Below are positions 10,610-20,709 of a stretch of DNA of 64,000 nucleotides, piece after piece; the first letter of the stretch is position 1, and every line of letters starts with the position of its first letter. The notes beneath the pieces were generated by a model, which made no database searches, was not told where the DNA came from, and worked only from the letters and a program-made list of their open reading frames with translations. Both the position numbers and the translations under genes were made by a program. The stretch is from Cyanidioschyzon merolae (lineage: Eukaryota): assembly GCA_000091205.1 (NCBI GenBank), contig AP006502.2; one strand, given 5' to 3'.

Positions 10610-12772
10610 CTAGTTCGTCGGGGGCGCTAGCGTGGCCTCCATCGCAGCCATAGTGGACGCGGTCGCTGGACTCTCCACCGGAGACGCGTCTTGTACATCA
10701 TGTGTGGATCGACTCGCATCCATCGCTCTGGTTGCGGATCCATTGAGTCGCGGGTGCCGCTGTTGGTCGCTACCGGCTGCGGCATGTTGTCCGTTCTGCA
10801 TTCCAGCGGTTTCGAGCGAGCTCGGTATCGGGGATGCGGCGGTAGCTGCGACTGGTGCTGCCCCCGCAGGTCGCAACCATCGCTGCTTCCATTCGAGCAT
10901 CTCCCGATACCATTCCTGGGCACGCGCGTAGTACTCGGGCCCTGCAGCTTGCGCTCGTCTCATGTAAGCGTCAATATCAAAGTGGAAGCTGTAACTTGGT
11001 GGTGTATTGGGCCGCGAACCGAATCCTTTCCAACCCGTTACCTGCTGTTGTGGTTGTTGCTGTTGTAGTTGCTGCTGCTGCTGCTGCTGCTGCACGTGAT
11101 CGAGCCACTCAAGCCATTGACTTGCGGCCTGCCCGCTCGAATGAATGTAGTTTGCAGGCGTGTTCGACGTCAGCGTATACGAAGATCCTAGTGCATGTGG
11201 CGACATGCCGTGAGCAGCATACAATTTCGCAGAGAAAGGCCCAGGCAGCGGACTCCATCCCCAGAGGGCGACATGCTCAGGGCTCGTGGGTCCACGGCTC
11301 GGCATATTCGATGGATACCCGCACGCTGCAGGTACCGCAGCGTCTGTCCGAGGCATGCCCTGAACCGCAGGCAGTGCGCCCGGGGACGGCGGTACTGATC
11401 GGTTTCCCAGTCCACGGACCGGTGAAGGAGGAACAGAGCTTGGTCGCGGGAAGAGCGGCCGCGGATTCAGAACAGACCGCGAAGCGGTGCTCGTCATTCC
11501 CCGTGGAGCACCTGGAGCCGCCGCCAGCCCAGGCCAAGCTGCACGATCCTCCTTGTTTTCTGTGAGCGCTGCATTTGCCGTGCGTGGTCGCTTCGGGCTG
11601 CTGATTTCTCGCAGTTCATGTCCATCGGGTACGCGCATTTCTTGAAACGACGGCATCACGGTGTTCACGTAAGCAGCAGGGTCTTCGGCGTTGGCCACCG
11701 CCAGCCAGGCGCCATCCGCCACAGAATCTGTCCCAGGAAGCGCACACGATGCGTAGCGTAGCGCTTCATTGGTAGAATGGAGTGAAGGCAATCGCTGCGT
11801 CGATCGTGCTATTGCAGCATCGGTCAGGCCCGCAGCTTGCAACTTGTCGGCAGAGGCCGGGCGCACTACTTGGTTCGAATACGGGTTCGGTAGCAACTCG
11901 CGTGGGGTGCGGAGCTCTTCCAGTCGCACGTTGTCCTCGCCGCACCAGACGAACGCTGGCTTCCGGTACTCCGTGTGCGTCTTCCGAATCAGCCCGAGCG
12001 AGGAAAGTATGTTTGCAATGTCATAGAGTCGTCGCACCTTGGTTTTCATGCCCCCATTTAGGGGATTTTCCTCCGCTTCGCGATTGCCGACACTCCCGGA
12101 TAACAAGATCGACGCTGCGTATTCCAGACTGATGGTGTCGCCACCTGCTAGCAGGAACAGTTGCACAAAACGCTGCGAGAGTGCGCCAAGTGATTTCTCC
12201 TTCCGCGACATGCGATGATTCTTCGTCGACGCGACGGATGGTTTGGATAATGCATTGGATGCAAGCAGGCTCTCTGGGCAGGTTGCGTAGCGTTCGACTT
12301 CGCTGGCTTTTGCTGTGGTCGACAAGGGCCCGCTGACCGGATCGTTGGCCAACTCGTCATCATCCCCATTGAGCTGACTCGAGTCTCCAAGGCCGGCAAC
12401 ACCTCCAGCGGATTCTGCCTCTTGTCTGAGGCGCTGGATGCTCTCTTTCAAACGACTTTGGCCTAGCCAAATATACTTGTTTTTGGCCTTTCGTGTCACC
12501 ATTCCGACGCTTTCGAGCACATTCACAATGTCATATATTCGTCTGCGCTCAACACCGAGGCGCGTCGCCGCTTCGTCCAGGCAAATTTCACATGAACTGT
12601 TTCCCCGTGCTTGTTCTAGAACGCCGTAAAGAGAAAGAAAATTCTCACAAAGCAAGCCGAGGGACTTGTCCTTGCGAGAGTATGCATCACCCGACACCAG
12701 CGGCTGCGAGCTTGATCGCGAGGTGCCCGGCTCACCGTAGCCCCTCATCGGTGACGCCCGATACGGGAACAT
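10610..12772 (-). CDS. Atypical E2F transcription factor (E2F7/E2F8/DEL-like) with two tandem E2F winged-helix DNA-binding domains
   Basis: DBD1 RKDKSLGLLCENFL..RRRIYDIVNVLESVGMVTRKAKNKYIWLG and DBD2 RKEKSLGALSQRFVQLFL..KVRRLYDIANILSSLGLIRKTHTEYRKPAFVWCG. No recognisable DP-dimerisation or marked-box region. C-terminal polyQ (QQQQQQQLQQQQPQQQ) from (CTG/TTG)n at 11045..11091. Confidence 0.8.
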   Translation of the reverse strand: MFPYRASPMRGYGEPGTSRSSSQPLVSGDAYSRKDKSLGLLCENFLSLYGVLEQARGNSSCEICLDEAATRLGVERRRIYDIVNVLESVGMVTRKAKNKYIWLGQSRLKESIQRLRQEAESAGGVAGLGDSSQLNGDDDELANDPVSGPLSTTAKASEVERYATCPESLLASNALSKPSVASTKNHRMSRKEKSLGALSQRFVQLFLLAGGDTISLEYAASILLSGSVGNREAEENPLNGGMKTKVRRLYDIANILSSLGLIRKTHTEYRKPAFVWCGEDNVRLEELRTPRELLPNPYSNQVVRPASADKLQAAGLTDAAIARSTQRLPSLHSTNEALRYASCALPGTDSVADGAWLAVANAEDPAAYVNTVMPSFQEMRVPDGHELREISSPKRPRTANAALTENKEDRAAWPGLAAAPGAPRGMTSTASRSVLNPRPLFPRPSSVPPSPVRGLGNRSVPPSPGALPAVQGMPRTDAAVPAACGYPSNMPSRGPTSPEHVALWGWSPLPGPFSAKLYAAHGMSPHALGSSYTLTSNTPANYIHSSGQAASQWLEWLDHVQQQQQQQQLQQQQPQQQVTGWKGFGSRPNTPPSYSFHFDIDAYMRRAQAAGPEYYARAQEWYREMLEWKQRWLRPAGAAPVAATAASPIPSSLETAGMQNGQHAAAGSDQQRHPRLNGSATRAMDASRSTHDVQDASPVESPATASTMAAMEATLAPPTN

Positions 12773-13624
12773 CGCTCAGGCTACCAGCACACGGGTAGTG
12801 AGCGAGCCCTTGCTCTATCGGAAACCAAGCCAACAATAACCCGAAAGAATCAAGTTTCCTTGCACACAGCGCTTCTTACGCAAAGTTTCCAGGCCAGCTC
12901 TCGGTTGATCCCGTCACCGACGCTGTACAACAGAAACCCTGTGAAACGACCGATGGGTGAGGCACGCACCTGCACTGCACGGCTGCGAACGCGAACACTC
13001 GTTACGCAACAGAGTGGCGCGCCCCCTTCCAGGCTTGTGTGTCCGCGTTTACACAACCGGGACGGAAGCCGACCACCAGCGGTATCCACGCAAGTCGCAC
13101 CCCGTACGATACAGACACAAGTCGCAGACTGCTCAAGAGGCGACCCAGTAGCGTGCACTCGTTTCCGCACCAGCCCAAGCGTGCACAAGCTACGCTGCGT
13201 GGTACGCTCACCTACGCCACACACAAATAAACACACCTGTACACCAGAAACGATAGCCAACTGAGGTCAGCCTTCTTCGGAAGGAAGCAAGCAAGGACTA
13301 TGCACCCTACCCGAACAGGAGCTGCGCCAACAGCGCAACGAAAAAGGCAGCTGCGCCCAGCAACGACGGCAGTCGAAAGTGCTCAACTCCGAATAGAGCT
13401 AGCCGGGCTATGGCAGTGCGTCTCTAGCGCGCGAATGATTTGGCGCGGAATTGCAACGCCTTGGCGCCGCCGCCGCCGCCGGCGCCTCCGAAGTCCTGCG
13501 GGTGCAGCCAAACAGCAACGCGCTCGAATCGCGACGGCGGCGGTGCGGAGATCCGCCAAGCATTCCAGGGGTTCCTATGGATTGTACAGATGGAGCGACA
13601 AGTGGCAATCCATGGGAACAGGGG

Positions 13625-13903
13625 CGTGGAGACGCGGCTAGCGCTGTTGATCGAGCGTTTGCTATAGTCCGCTTCATACATTATTGTACGTAAATATACA
13701 ATGCATTGCATCCGAGGCTTGGAGACGCGGCTAGCGCGGTTGATCGAGCGTTTGCTATAGTCCGATTCATACATTATTGTACGTAAATATACACTGCATT
13801 GCATCCGAGGCTTGGAGACGCGGCTAGCGCTGTTGATCGAGCGTTTGCTATAGTCCGATTCATACATTATTGTACGTAAATATACACTGCATTGCATCCG
13901 AGG
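13625..13903. repeat. Minisatellite: three tandem copies of a 93-bp unit (cttggagacgcggctagcgctgttgatcgagcgtttgctatagtccgattcatacattattgtacgtaaatatacactgcattgcatccgagg)
   Basis: Read directly. Copies at about 13625-13717, 13718-13810 and 13811-13903, over 95% identical. Generates the spurious repetitive ORF 13424..13897 (-). Confidence 0.9.
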
Positions 13904-16286
13904 TTCGCAGGCCGCGAAACGACTCGCCTGACGAAGTTTGCGATTCGTGCGGCCGCATCGATCGACACTGGTCCGTGTCTCTGCAGGAACCTGGATTTGG
14001 GCCAGCGGTATTTTTCATTCAATGACCCTGTATTGGAGTGCATTTCAAACGTTGGCAGGCTTACTTGCGACGCAAGTTGTCTGTAGAGCTATCTTTTCAC
14101 AGTGCAGCGTTGCTTCAAAATGCTCTTGAAGGGTTTTCGGGCGACGCGCCTTGACGGTCATTTGCTTTTCTGCAAGTCAATGAATGAGTTGTCGAATGCA
14201 CGTACCTGGCATCTGAAGCGCGTATGCCGCGGTCGACTTGGGTGCGCTGTCCCATGCACTCCTGCCCATGATCTTCGGCAATAGCCATACGGACGTCGGT
14301 GTAGGCTATGAATGAAGCGTACGGAGCATCTCGTTCCGGTCACGACGGTGCTCAGAGCGTCGAGACGCGTGCACGCACCACCATGCCACTATTTGGTATG
14401 CCACTTGGCTTTTATCATGTCCAGTGCTCGACGAAGCTGAACGCTGAAAAAATCAAGTCGCATCGCGTATGCTGTACCGAGCATCATTTGTCGCACGGAG
14501 GTTTGATCGAGGAATTCCAGAGGAATTCGGACAGTTGCCATCTCAGAGTCGGGAAGCCCGAAAACCTGACGTCTGACAAGATGCGTCCACCGGAGAGAAG
14601 CGGTGCGCAACATTGATGGATAACAAGCTATATGATCGCTGATGGCGTCGCACAACTTTCGGTGTCGCGGATGCGAGCGACTCGTCTATGGATCCTTGAG
14701 CGGAAAACTAGCGCGTGCCATTAGCGACAATACCTTCGACATGATGAATCAAAGGAGACGGGCTGATACGAAGCGTCACTGACCGCGTATCCCAGCATCA
14801 CACTCTTCGACCGCATTTTCATGATGGAAAGCAACGATTCGCTAGAACAGGACGGATGCATGTGCCAACAGGAAGCCTCGGGGCTCGCGTCTACGAAACA
14901 TGAAGCGCTGGACGAGTCTGTATGGCTGGCGATTTCCAGACCACCAGTGGATAGAATCGCCGCTAGGGCTAATGTCGTCGGAATGCCGGCTTTTCTCTTT
15001 TTTACGAACAGCACTTTACCCCGGTTTGCGTACCCCCAGACAGGTCCAGCATTGCTCCTGCGTAAGTCTCGTCCAGTGGGACAAATACCCGTCCATCTTG
15101 TAAGACGCGTTCGTGTTTCATTTAGCAATCGCTCGTGTGCTTCGTCGAGCCGCGACCGGCTCCCATAGAAGCGTGCGTTGCTCTCTCTGTTTCGTTCCAT
15201 GTGTCATGATCACCGTTTGTATGAACGATACGGAACGTGCGCGCTCTGCGCCTCCTTTTTTTTGTCGTGTATCTCAAACAGCATACGGAATAGAGCAGGC
15301 TACCGAGTATCCATTCGTGTCCATTGCGTTTCACGGGTTCCGTTTTGGGGTGCATGATGTTCCGCATGCGCTGCGTAAAAAACTGGTTCATGCATCACCT
15401 GATGGTACGATATCCGATTTATGCAAGCAAGATCATGATGCTCGCACGCCAGCACTGACTTAGAAACGCTTTCCGTTCCCTCTCGCCAATGTACGCGATG
15501 CTTTCCTTTTCTCGAATTCCTGCAAGAACAACAAACATGCACAAAAAGGTCGCACTAACGCCGATGCTCCAGAATGCACCGCTCCCAATACAACGACACA
15601 GCAGAGACAGAACCAAGGCATGTATGTTTTCTCGACTACACTCGTTCCCACGAAAGCGTAGCTCGACGAAAAAAGATCTTCGGTTCGATGACCCCGCACG
15701 CACGCTAGGTACTTGCGAGCGTTACGAATACAGGTGTTGGCAACGTGTTTTGCGTTGGCATCGACCGCGTCCGGCGGTTCGGATACATTCTAGGATACCT
15801 ATGTCTTGAGGGCGGTATGCGATACGTGGCGACGCTTACCGAAACGCAGCGCGATTCCTCGCGTCGACTCGGTGAACCGAGTGTCGAATCATGCCGTCGG
15901 GTATTGTCAGCACGTCCGTGGGTGCTGTCGCGCGCTCCGAGCTTCATACCCATCCCCTGCCGAGGAGCTCTCTTTCGCGGGACACTTCCGGACCTGAAAC
16001 TGTCTACCAGTTGCCGAGTGATCATCCACAGCTCCACACATGGGAACGGCGTCAAGTGAATCGTCGGGAAACGTTTCCCCGGGGAGCAATGCTCTGCTTC
16101 GAGACAGGTCCAAATGCACCCAACGCAGATGCAAACGTATCCGCTTGGAGACTCCTTGTGACGGACCTGGGTCGCTTCCGAGCGCCCCGGTACGCTGCTG
16201 AAGACGCGAATGCTGCACTGGCCACATGAAACGTTTGAATCGCTCTGTGGATAGATATGCTTTAAGCGAAGCGTGCTTCATGCCAT

Positions 16287-17981
16287 TCAAGCCTTGTGGA
16301 ATGTAGCAATAAACTCGGTGAGAATTTTTCGCAAGGCTTCATCGGACTCCTTCGATAATTGGCCTTCCTGACGGATCTTTGCCAACAGATCACCATGATT
16401 TGAGCGCATGTTCTGCAGCATTGCTGCTTCATACTCGCGAATACGAGAGACGGGTACCTTGTCGAGAAGGCCACGTACACCTCCGTAGATCACGCACACT
16501 TGTTCTTCGAACGGCATCGGTTTGTACTGGCCTTGTTTCAACAGCTCATTCAGACGGTCTCCGCGATTCAGCAACTGCTGCGTGGCGGCATCCAGGTCAG
16601 AGCCGAACTGCGCAAAGGCAGCGACCTCCCGATGCTGCGCTAATTCCAGTTTCATCGACCCCGCAACCTGCTTCATCGCTTTTGGTTGCGCCGCAGATCC
16701 CACTCGACTAACCGAAATACCAACGTTGATCGCGGGACGTTGACCCTTGTAGAACAACTCCGACTCCAAGAATATCTGCCCGTCCGTAATCGAGATCACA
16801 TTCGTCGGAATGTACGCGGACACGTCACCAGCTTGCGTCTCTATGATGGGAAGCGCGGTCAGGGATCCGGCGCCTGCTGTATCGCTCATTTTCGCAGCGC
16901 GTTCCAGCAGACGCGAATGCAGGTAGAAGACATCACCGGGATAGGCTTCGCGACCCGGCGGACGCCGCAGCAACAGTGACATCTGTCTGTACGCGACTGC
17001 CTGCTTACTCAAGTCGTCATAGATAATGAGCGCATGCATACCGTTATCCCGGAAGTATTCGCCCATTGCACAGCCGGAAAACGGGGCCAGAAACTGGAGA
17101 GGTGCCGCATCCGATGCCGTCGCCGCCACGATGCACGTGTATTTGAGTGCGTCAGCCTGCTCGAGTCGATTCACCAACTGCGCGATCGTACTGCGCTTTT
17201 GCCCGACTCCAACATAAATGCAGTAGATTTTTTCAGGCCTGTTCTCGTCATGGGCCTTCTTCTGATTCAAAATCGCATCGATGGCAACCGCAGTTTTGCC
17301 GGTCTGTCGATCACCGATAATGAGCTCTCGTTGGCCGCGCCCTATCGGCACAAGACTATCCACAGCTTTGAGACCTGTCAGCATAGGCTCATGCACAGAA
17401 CGACGCGGGATAATACCCGGAGCCTTGACATCAACCCGTCGCCGCTGAACAGCGCGGATCGGGCCCTTACCGTCGATCGGCTGCCCCAGAGCGTCCACAA
17501 CGCGACCAATGACGCCTTCCCCGACCGGAACGTCTACAATAGCTTCCGTCCGTTTTACGAGAGAGCCTTCGGTAATATCGCGGTCGGAGCCGAAAACGAC
17601 AACACCTACATTATCCTGCTCAAGGTTGAGCGCCATGCCTTTGGTGCCGTCCGCGAACTCCACCATTTCACCGGCTTTGACATTGTTCAATCCGTAAACT
17701 CGGGCAATACCGTCACCAATGGTTAGCACTCTCCCGACTTCGTTCACATCGAACGGCTCCTCAACGCCGCTGATTTTCTCTTCGAGAATCGCAGAGAGCT
17801 CTGCTGCTGAGAGCGCGGATCTGCGCACAGCACCCGTAGCCCGCCAGCTGGAGAGCGACCTCTGCCGCTGGTCGCGATTCGCTGTGACCCACAAGGCACC
17901 GTGTACAGCTGCACGACCGCGTACAAGCAGGTCACTGGAACGCACCAAAGCACGAGCAAACGGTCTCAGGGCACGGTTCAT
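16287..17981 (-). CDS. ATP1: F1 ATP synthase alpha subunit, nuclear-encoded mitochondrial precursor
   Basis: Full-length match to ATP synthase alpha: [181 protein letters not shown]. About 60 aa of Arg-rich N-terminal presequence precede the conserved core. Confidence 0.95.
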   Translation of the reverse strand: MNRALRPFARALVRSSDLLVRGRAAVHGALWVTANRDQRQRSLSSWRATGAVRRSALSAAELSAILEEKISGVEEPFDVNEVGRVLTIGDGIARVYGLNNVKAGEMVEFADGTKGMALNLEQDNVGVVVFGSDRDITEGSLVKRTEAIVDVPVGEGVIGRVVDALGQPIDGKGPIRAVQRRRVDVKAPGIIPRRSVHEPMLTGLKAVDSLVPIGRGQRELIIGDRQTGKTAVAIDAILNQKKAHDENRPEKIYCIYVGVGQKRSTIAQLVNRLEQADALKYTCIVAATASDAAPLQFLAPFSGCAMGEYFRDNGMHALIIYDDLSKQAVAYRQMSLLLRRPPGREAYPGDVFYLHSRLLERAAKMSDTAGAGSLTALPIIETQAGDVSAYIPTNVISITDGQIFLESELFYKGQRPAINVGISVSRVGSAAQPKAMKQVAGSMKLELAQHREVAAFAQFGSDLDAATQQLLNRGDRLNELLKQGQYKPMPFEEQVCVIYGGVRGLLDKVPVSRIREYEAAMLQNMRSNHGDLLAKIRQEGQLSKESDEALRKILTEFIATFHKA

Positions 17982-18443
17982 GGAGAGGCTTTTCGGCCAA
18001 AAGCACGTCGTTGTTGAAGAGGCGCGTTCGTTACGGTTCTATTGGCGAAGGAGCGCCATCGTCTCATACGGCGGCAGCGTGGTAAGGGAATTCCCTTACG
18101 ATCAGACGTCAACGGTGATACCAAGTTTGTCTATTATTGATCAGATTCTGTTGACATGGATGTACGGGGCAATCGCCTCTGTCCAGGAAGCGCATCGGTA
18201 ACTGCAGCAGGGCGCTCACTGGACACCAAAAAACGCATCGATAAACGTTTATGCTGCGTTCGTCGGAAGTCGTCATCGGGCGTGCCGACTTGGTGCTACT
18301 GTCTGTGGCGATGCGCATGCCTCGATGTAGACGCGCCAGCTGGTGAAGGTCGTGCGGGACGTTGCACTCGGAAGCTGGTACATGCTTGGACACTTTTTCT
18401 GGAAATCGAGAAGCTCCAGCGCTGACTCGACAAGCGCCTATTG

Positions 18444-18466
18444 GTGTGTGTGTGTGTGTGTGTGTG
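18444..18466. repeat. (GT)11-12 dinucleotide microsatellite in the divergent intergenic region between ATP1 and ispF
   Basis: Read directly. Followed at 18585-18630 by a long polypyrimidine tract (ctcctttccttcttttcgtttgtttcgttttttttc). Similar (GT)8 at 58240..58256 and (CA)8 at 45085..45101. Confidence 0.9.
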
Positions 18467-19285
18467 ACGACGTGCTCGCGGCACTGGCTGGGGAAACGAT
18501 ACACGCATGGAATCCCCAACTTTTATTCCGTGGATTTTTCATAGACAAAACTTTTCCATTGGGCAGCGTTCTCCGATTGTACGCTCCTCCTTTCCTTCTT
18601 TTCGTTTGTTTCGTTTTTTTTCAGTGCGCGGTGAATGCTTCCATTCCGTGGATGCAAGGCGATCTGCACGCCGACAGGCCGGCATCCCGACCGGTGGATC
18701 GACGGCGAGACGTTTTTTGTATGGTCCCCGTCCAACCTGGAAGCGAATGAATACAGAGAAATGCTTCCAATGCTCGTCGTTTTCATCGTATTTGCAACAC
18801 GCTACCGAACCGTGTGCAATCCTATGGATATCGCGTATGTTGTTCATTGCTCCTACACCCTTGATCGAGAATTGGAAAAAAATTCTGCATCTGCATCCAG
18901 ACCAAAACCGCTTCCGTTTACAAAACCTATAGCTTCAGCGTCTTTCGGCGGGAAATATGAAAGCGAGCTCATGGATACTGTGGGGAAATCAATGTCCGTC
19001 CCGGTACTATCTGTGCTTGACGCTCACGACGACTCTGGGACCCAGCAACCTGCTCTGGGTACACCAGACGGCACAGATTGCCGGCAGACGTTGAATTTCA
19101 TTCTCTAGAAAACCCGTATCCTCCATAACAAGTCGAGTCCTTGCTATTGTCTGCGACGAATGCGTACGCTGCATCCACCGCAGCGAATCCGCGACACGAT
19201 GCCAAGTACGTCGAATGCTGCGTTTCCTGGTGTACTGCCGCGCGACAGGTTTTGAACGGTTGCACTCGAGAGGGCGTACGCACTC

Positions 19286-20446
19286 GTGTTGGCGTTCCTC
19301 GCACTGTTTTGTTTTCGATCTAGTAATCAGTTCTTGACCATGTTTCTGGCTCCGACAATACACTTCACGCACAGAAAACACCGCATTGGAACCCTCGGGA
19401 ACCGAGTAGTAGCTCGCTACCATCGACCGTGCACCAACGTTCCAAAACCGCGAGCCCGTGTTCCGTCTCTTCAACGCCGGCTCTCAGTTCAAGCGTCGGC
19501 TCTCAGAGTGGGCCACGGCTTTGATCTGCATCGCCTGGAACCTGGACTACCTCTGATTCTCGGTGGTGTGCGTCTCGAGCACGATCGTGGTTGCGCAGCG
19601 CACTCGGACGGCGACGCCGTCTACCACGCTGTTACGGACGCGATTTTGGGTGCCTTGGCACTGCCGGACATTGGCCAGCTTTTCCCGGACACCGACCCCC
19701 AATGGAAAGGGGCAACTTCGGATGTTTTTCTCCGGGCAGCCGGGGCTATGATGCTTCAACAGGGGTACCGCATCGCGAACCTCGACGTTACTGTCATTCT
19801 GGAACGGCCCAAGCTCGCCCCGCACAAAGAACAAATACGCCAGAATATAGCGGGACTTTTGGGGCTTAGTCTCGAACAAGTGAATTTGAAAGCAAAAACA
19901 CACGAAAAAGTAGATAGCATCGGGGAGAATCGCAGCGTCGGCTGTCACGCCATGATCCTACTCGAGCGTCAACCGCTCGGGAACAGTGACGAGCCTTCCA
20001 CGTCCGCATCCGAAAGCTTCGCATCATCAGCAAGCGGTGCTCCCAACGCTGCATCTCCTAATAGTCTGGAATCGGGTGTGTTTGCCGCACTCGCAGCGAC
20101 GCTCTCTCGAGTCCATGAAGTGATCGAGTCACGACGGTCAGCAGACCCGGAGAAATCATGGACAGCGAAGCTCTTCGCGAAAGGACGCCATAAAATCGCC
20201 CAGAAAGTCGGCGAGGAAGCGCTTGAAGTGGCACTAGATGCTGTGCAAAATCGACCTGATCGCGTCGTGGAAGAAAGCGCCGACCTGTTGTACCACCTTT
20301 TGGTACTGTGGGCGGATCTGGGAGTCCATCCCAACCAGATCGCAGCGGAGCTTGAAAAGCGACAAGGCAAAAGCGGTTTACGCGAAAAGCAGCATCGCAA
20401 TGAATACAAGGACACAAAGGAGCAGCATGATTTGGTGCAGCACTAA
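19286..20446 (+). CDS. ispF: Two-domain protein: IspF (2-C-methyl-D-erythritol 2,4-cyclodiphosphate synthase) joined to HisE (phosphoribosyl-ATP pyrophosphohydrolase), with a putative N-terminal transit peptide
   Basis: Residues ~80-235 match IspF: GHGFDLHRL..GGVRLEH..GCAAHSDGDAVYHAVTDAILGALALPDIGQLFPDTDPQWKGATSDVFLRAAG..ANLDVTVILERPKLAPH..VNLKAKTHEKVDSIGE. The C-terminal ~100 aa match HisE: SWTAKLFAKGRHKIAQKVGEEALEVALDA..VVEESADLLYHLLVLWADLGV..IAAELEKR. There is no stop codon and no internal Met between the two domains. Confidence 0.85.
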   Translation: MLAFLALFCFRSSNQFLTMFLAPTIHFTHRKHRIGTLGNRVVARYHRPCTNVPKPRARVPSLQRRLSVQASALRVGHGFDLHRLEPGLPLILGGVRLEHDRGCAAHSDGDAVYHAVTDAILGALALPDIGQLFPDTDPQWKGATSDVFLRAAGAMMLQQGYRIANLDVTVILERPKLAPHKEQIRQNIAGLLGLSLEQVNLKAKTHEKVDSIGENRSVGCHAMILLERQPLGNSDEPSTSASESFASSASGAPNAASPNSLESGVFAALAATLSRVHEVIESRRSADPEKSWTAKLFAKGRHKIAQKVGEEALEVALDAVQNRPDRVVEESADLLYHLLVLWADLGVHPNQIAAELEKRQGKSGLREKQHRNEYKDTKEQHDLVQH

Positions 20447-20709
20447 CGCGAGCAGCTCGTGACCCGCGGAGACCGTTCCCCAGCAATGCATCCTGTTTTC
20501 GAGCTTTTGTTGCGCCGCTGGCCACCACGAAAGGTCCAAATACGCGTCTAGGCGCGAGCAACTTGTCGAGTAGACGCATCAACGCACCAGTGTCGACCAG
20601 GTGCACGATCCGCTGAAACAATGGATCCCGCGCCTCCATTCGATGAAGCCGAAGCGTTCGTTTTCGATGCCCGACGTCGACACTGGAGCATCTCACCACA
20701 TTGCGCATG

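Noticed and set aside
10855-11565. 236-aa plus-strand ORF
   Set aside because: Antisense to the E2F-like CDS. Low-complexity translation (polyV/polyA from the antisense polyQ tract).
13424-13897. 157-aa minus-strand ORF with internally repeated peptide MQCSVYLRTIMYESDYSKRSIN
   Set aside because: It is simply the translation of the 3 x 93-bp minisatellite. The repeat structure, not coding potential, explains it.
17034-17726. 230-aa plus-strand ORF
   Set aside because: Antisense to the ATP synthase alpha gene, whose identity is unambiguous.
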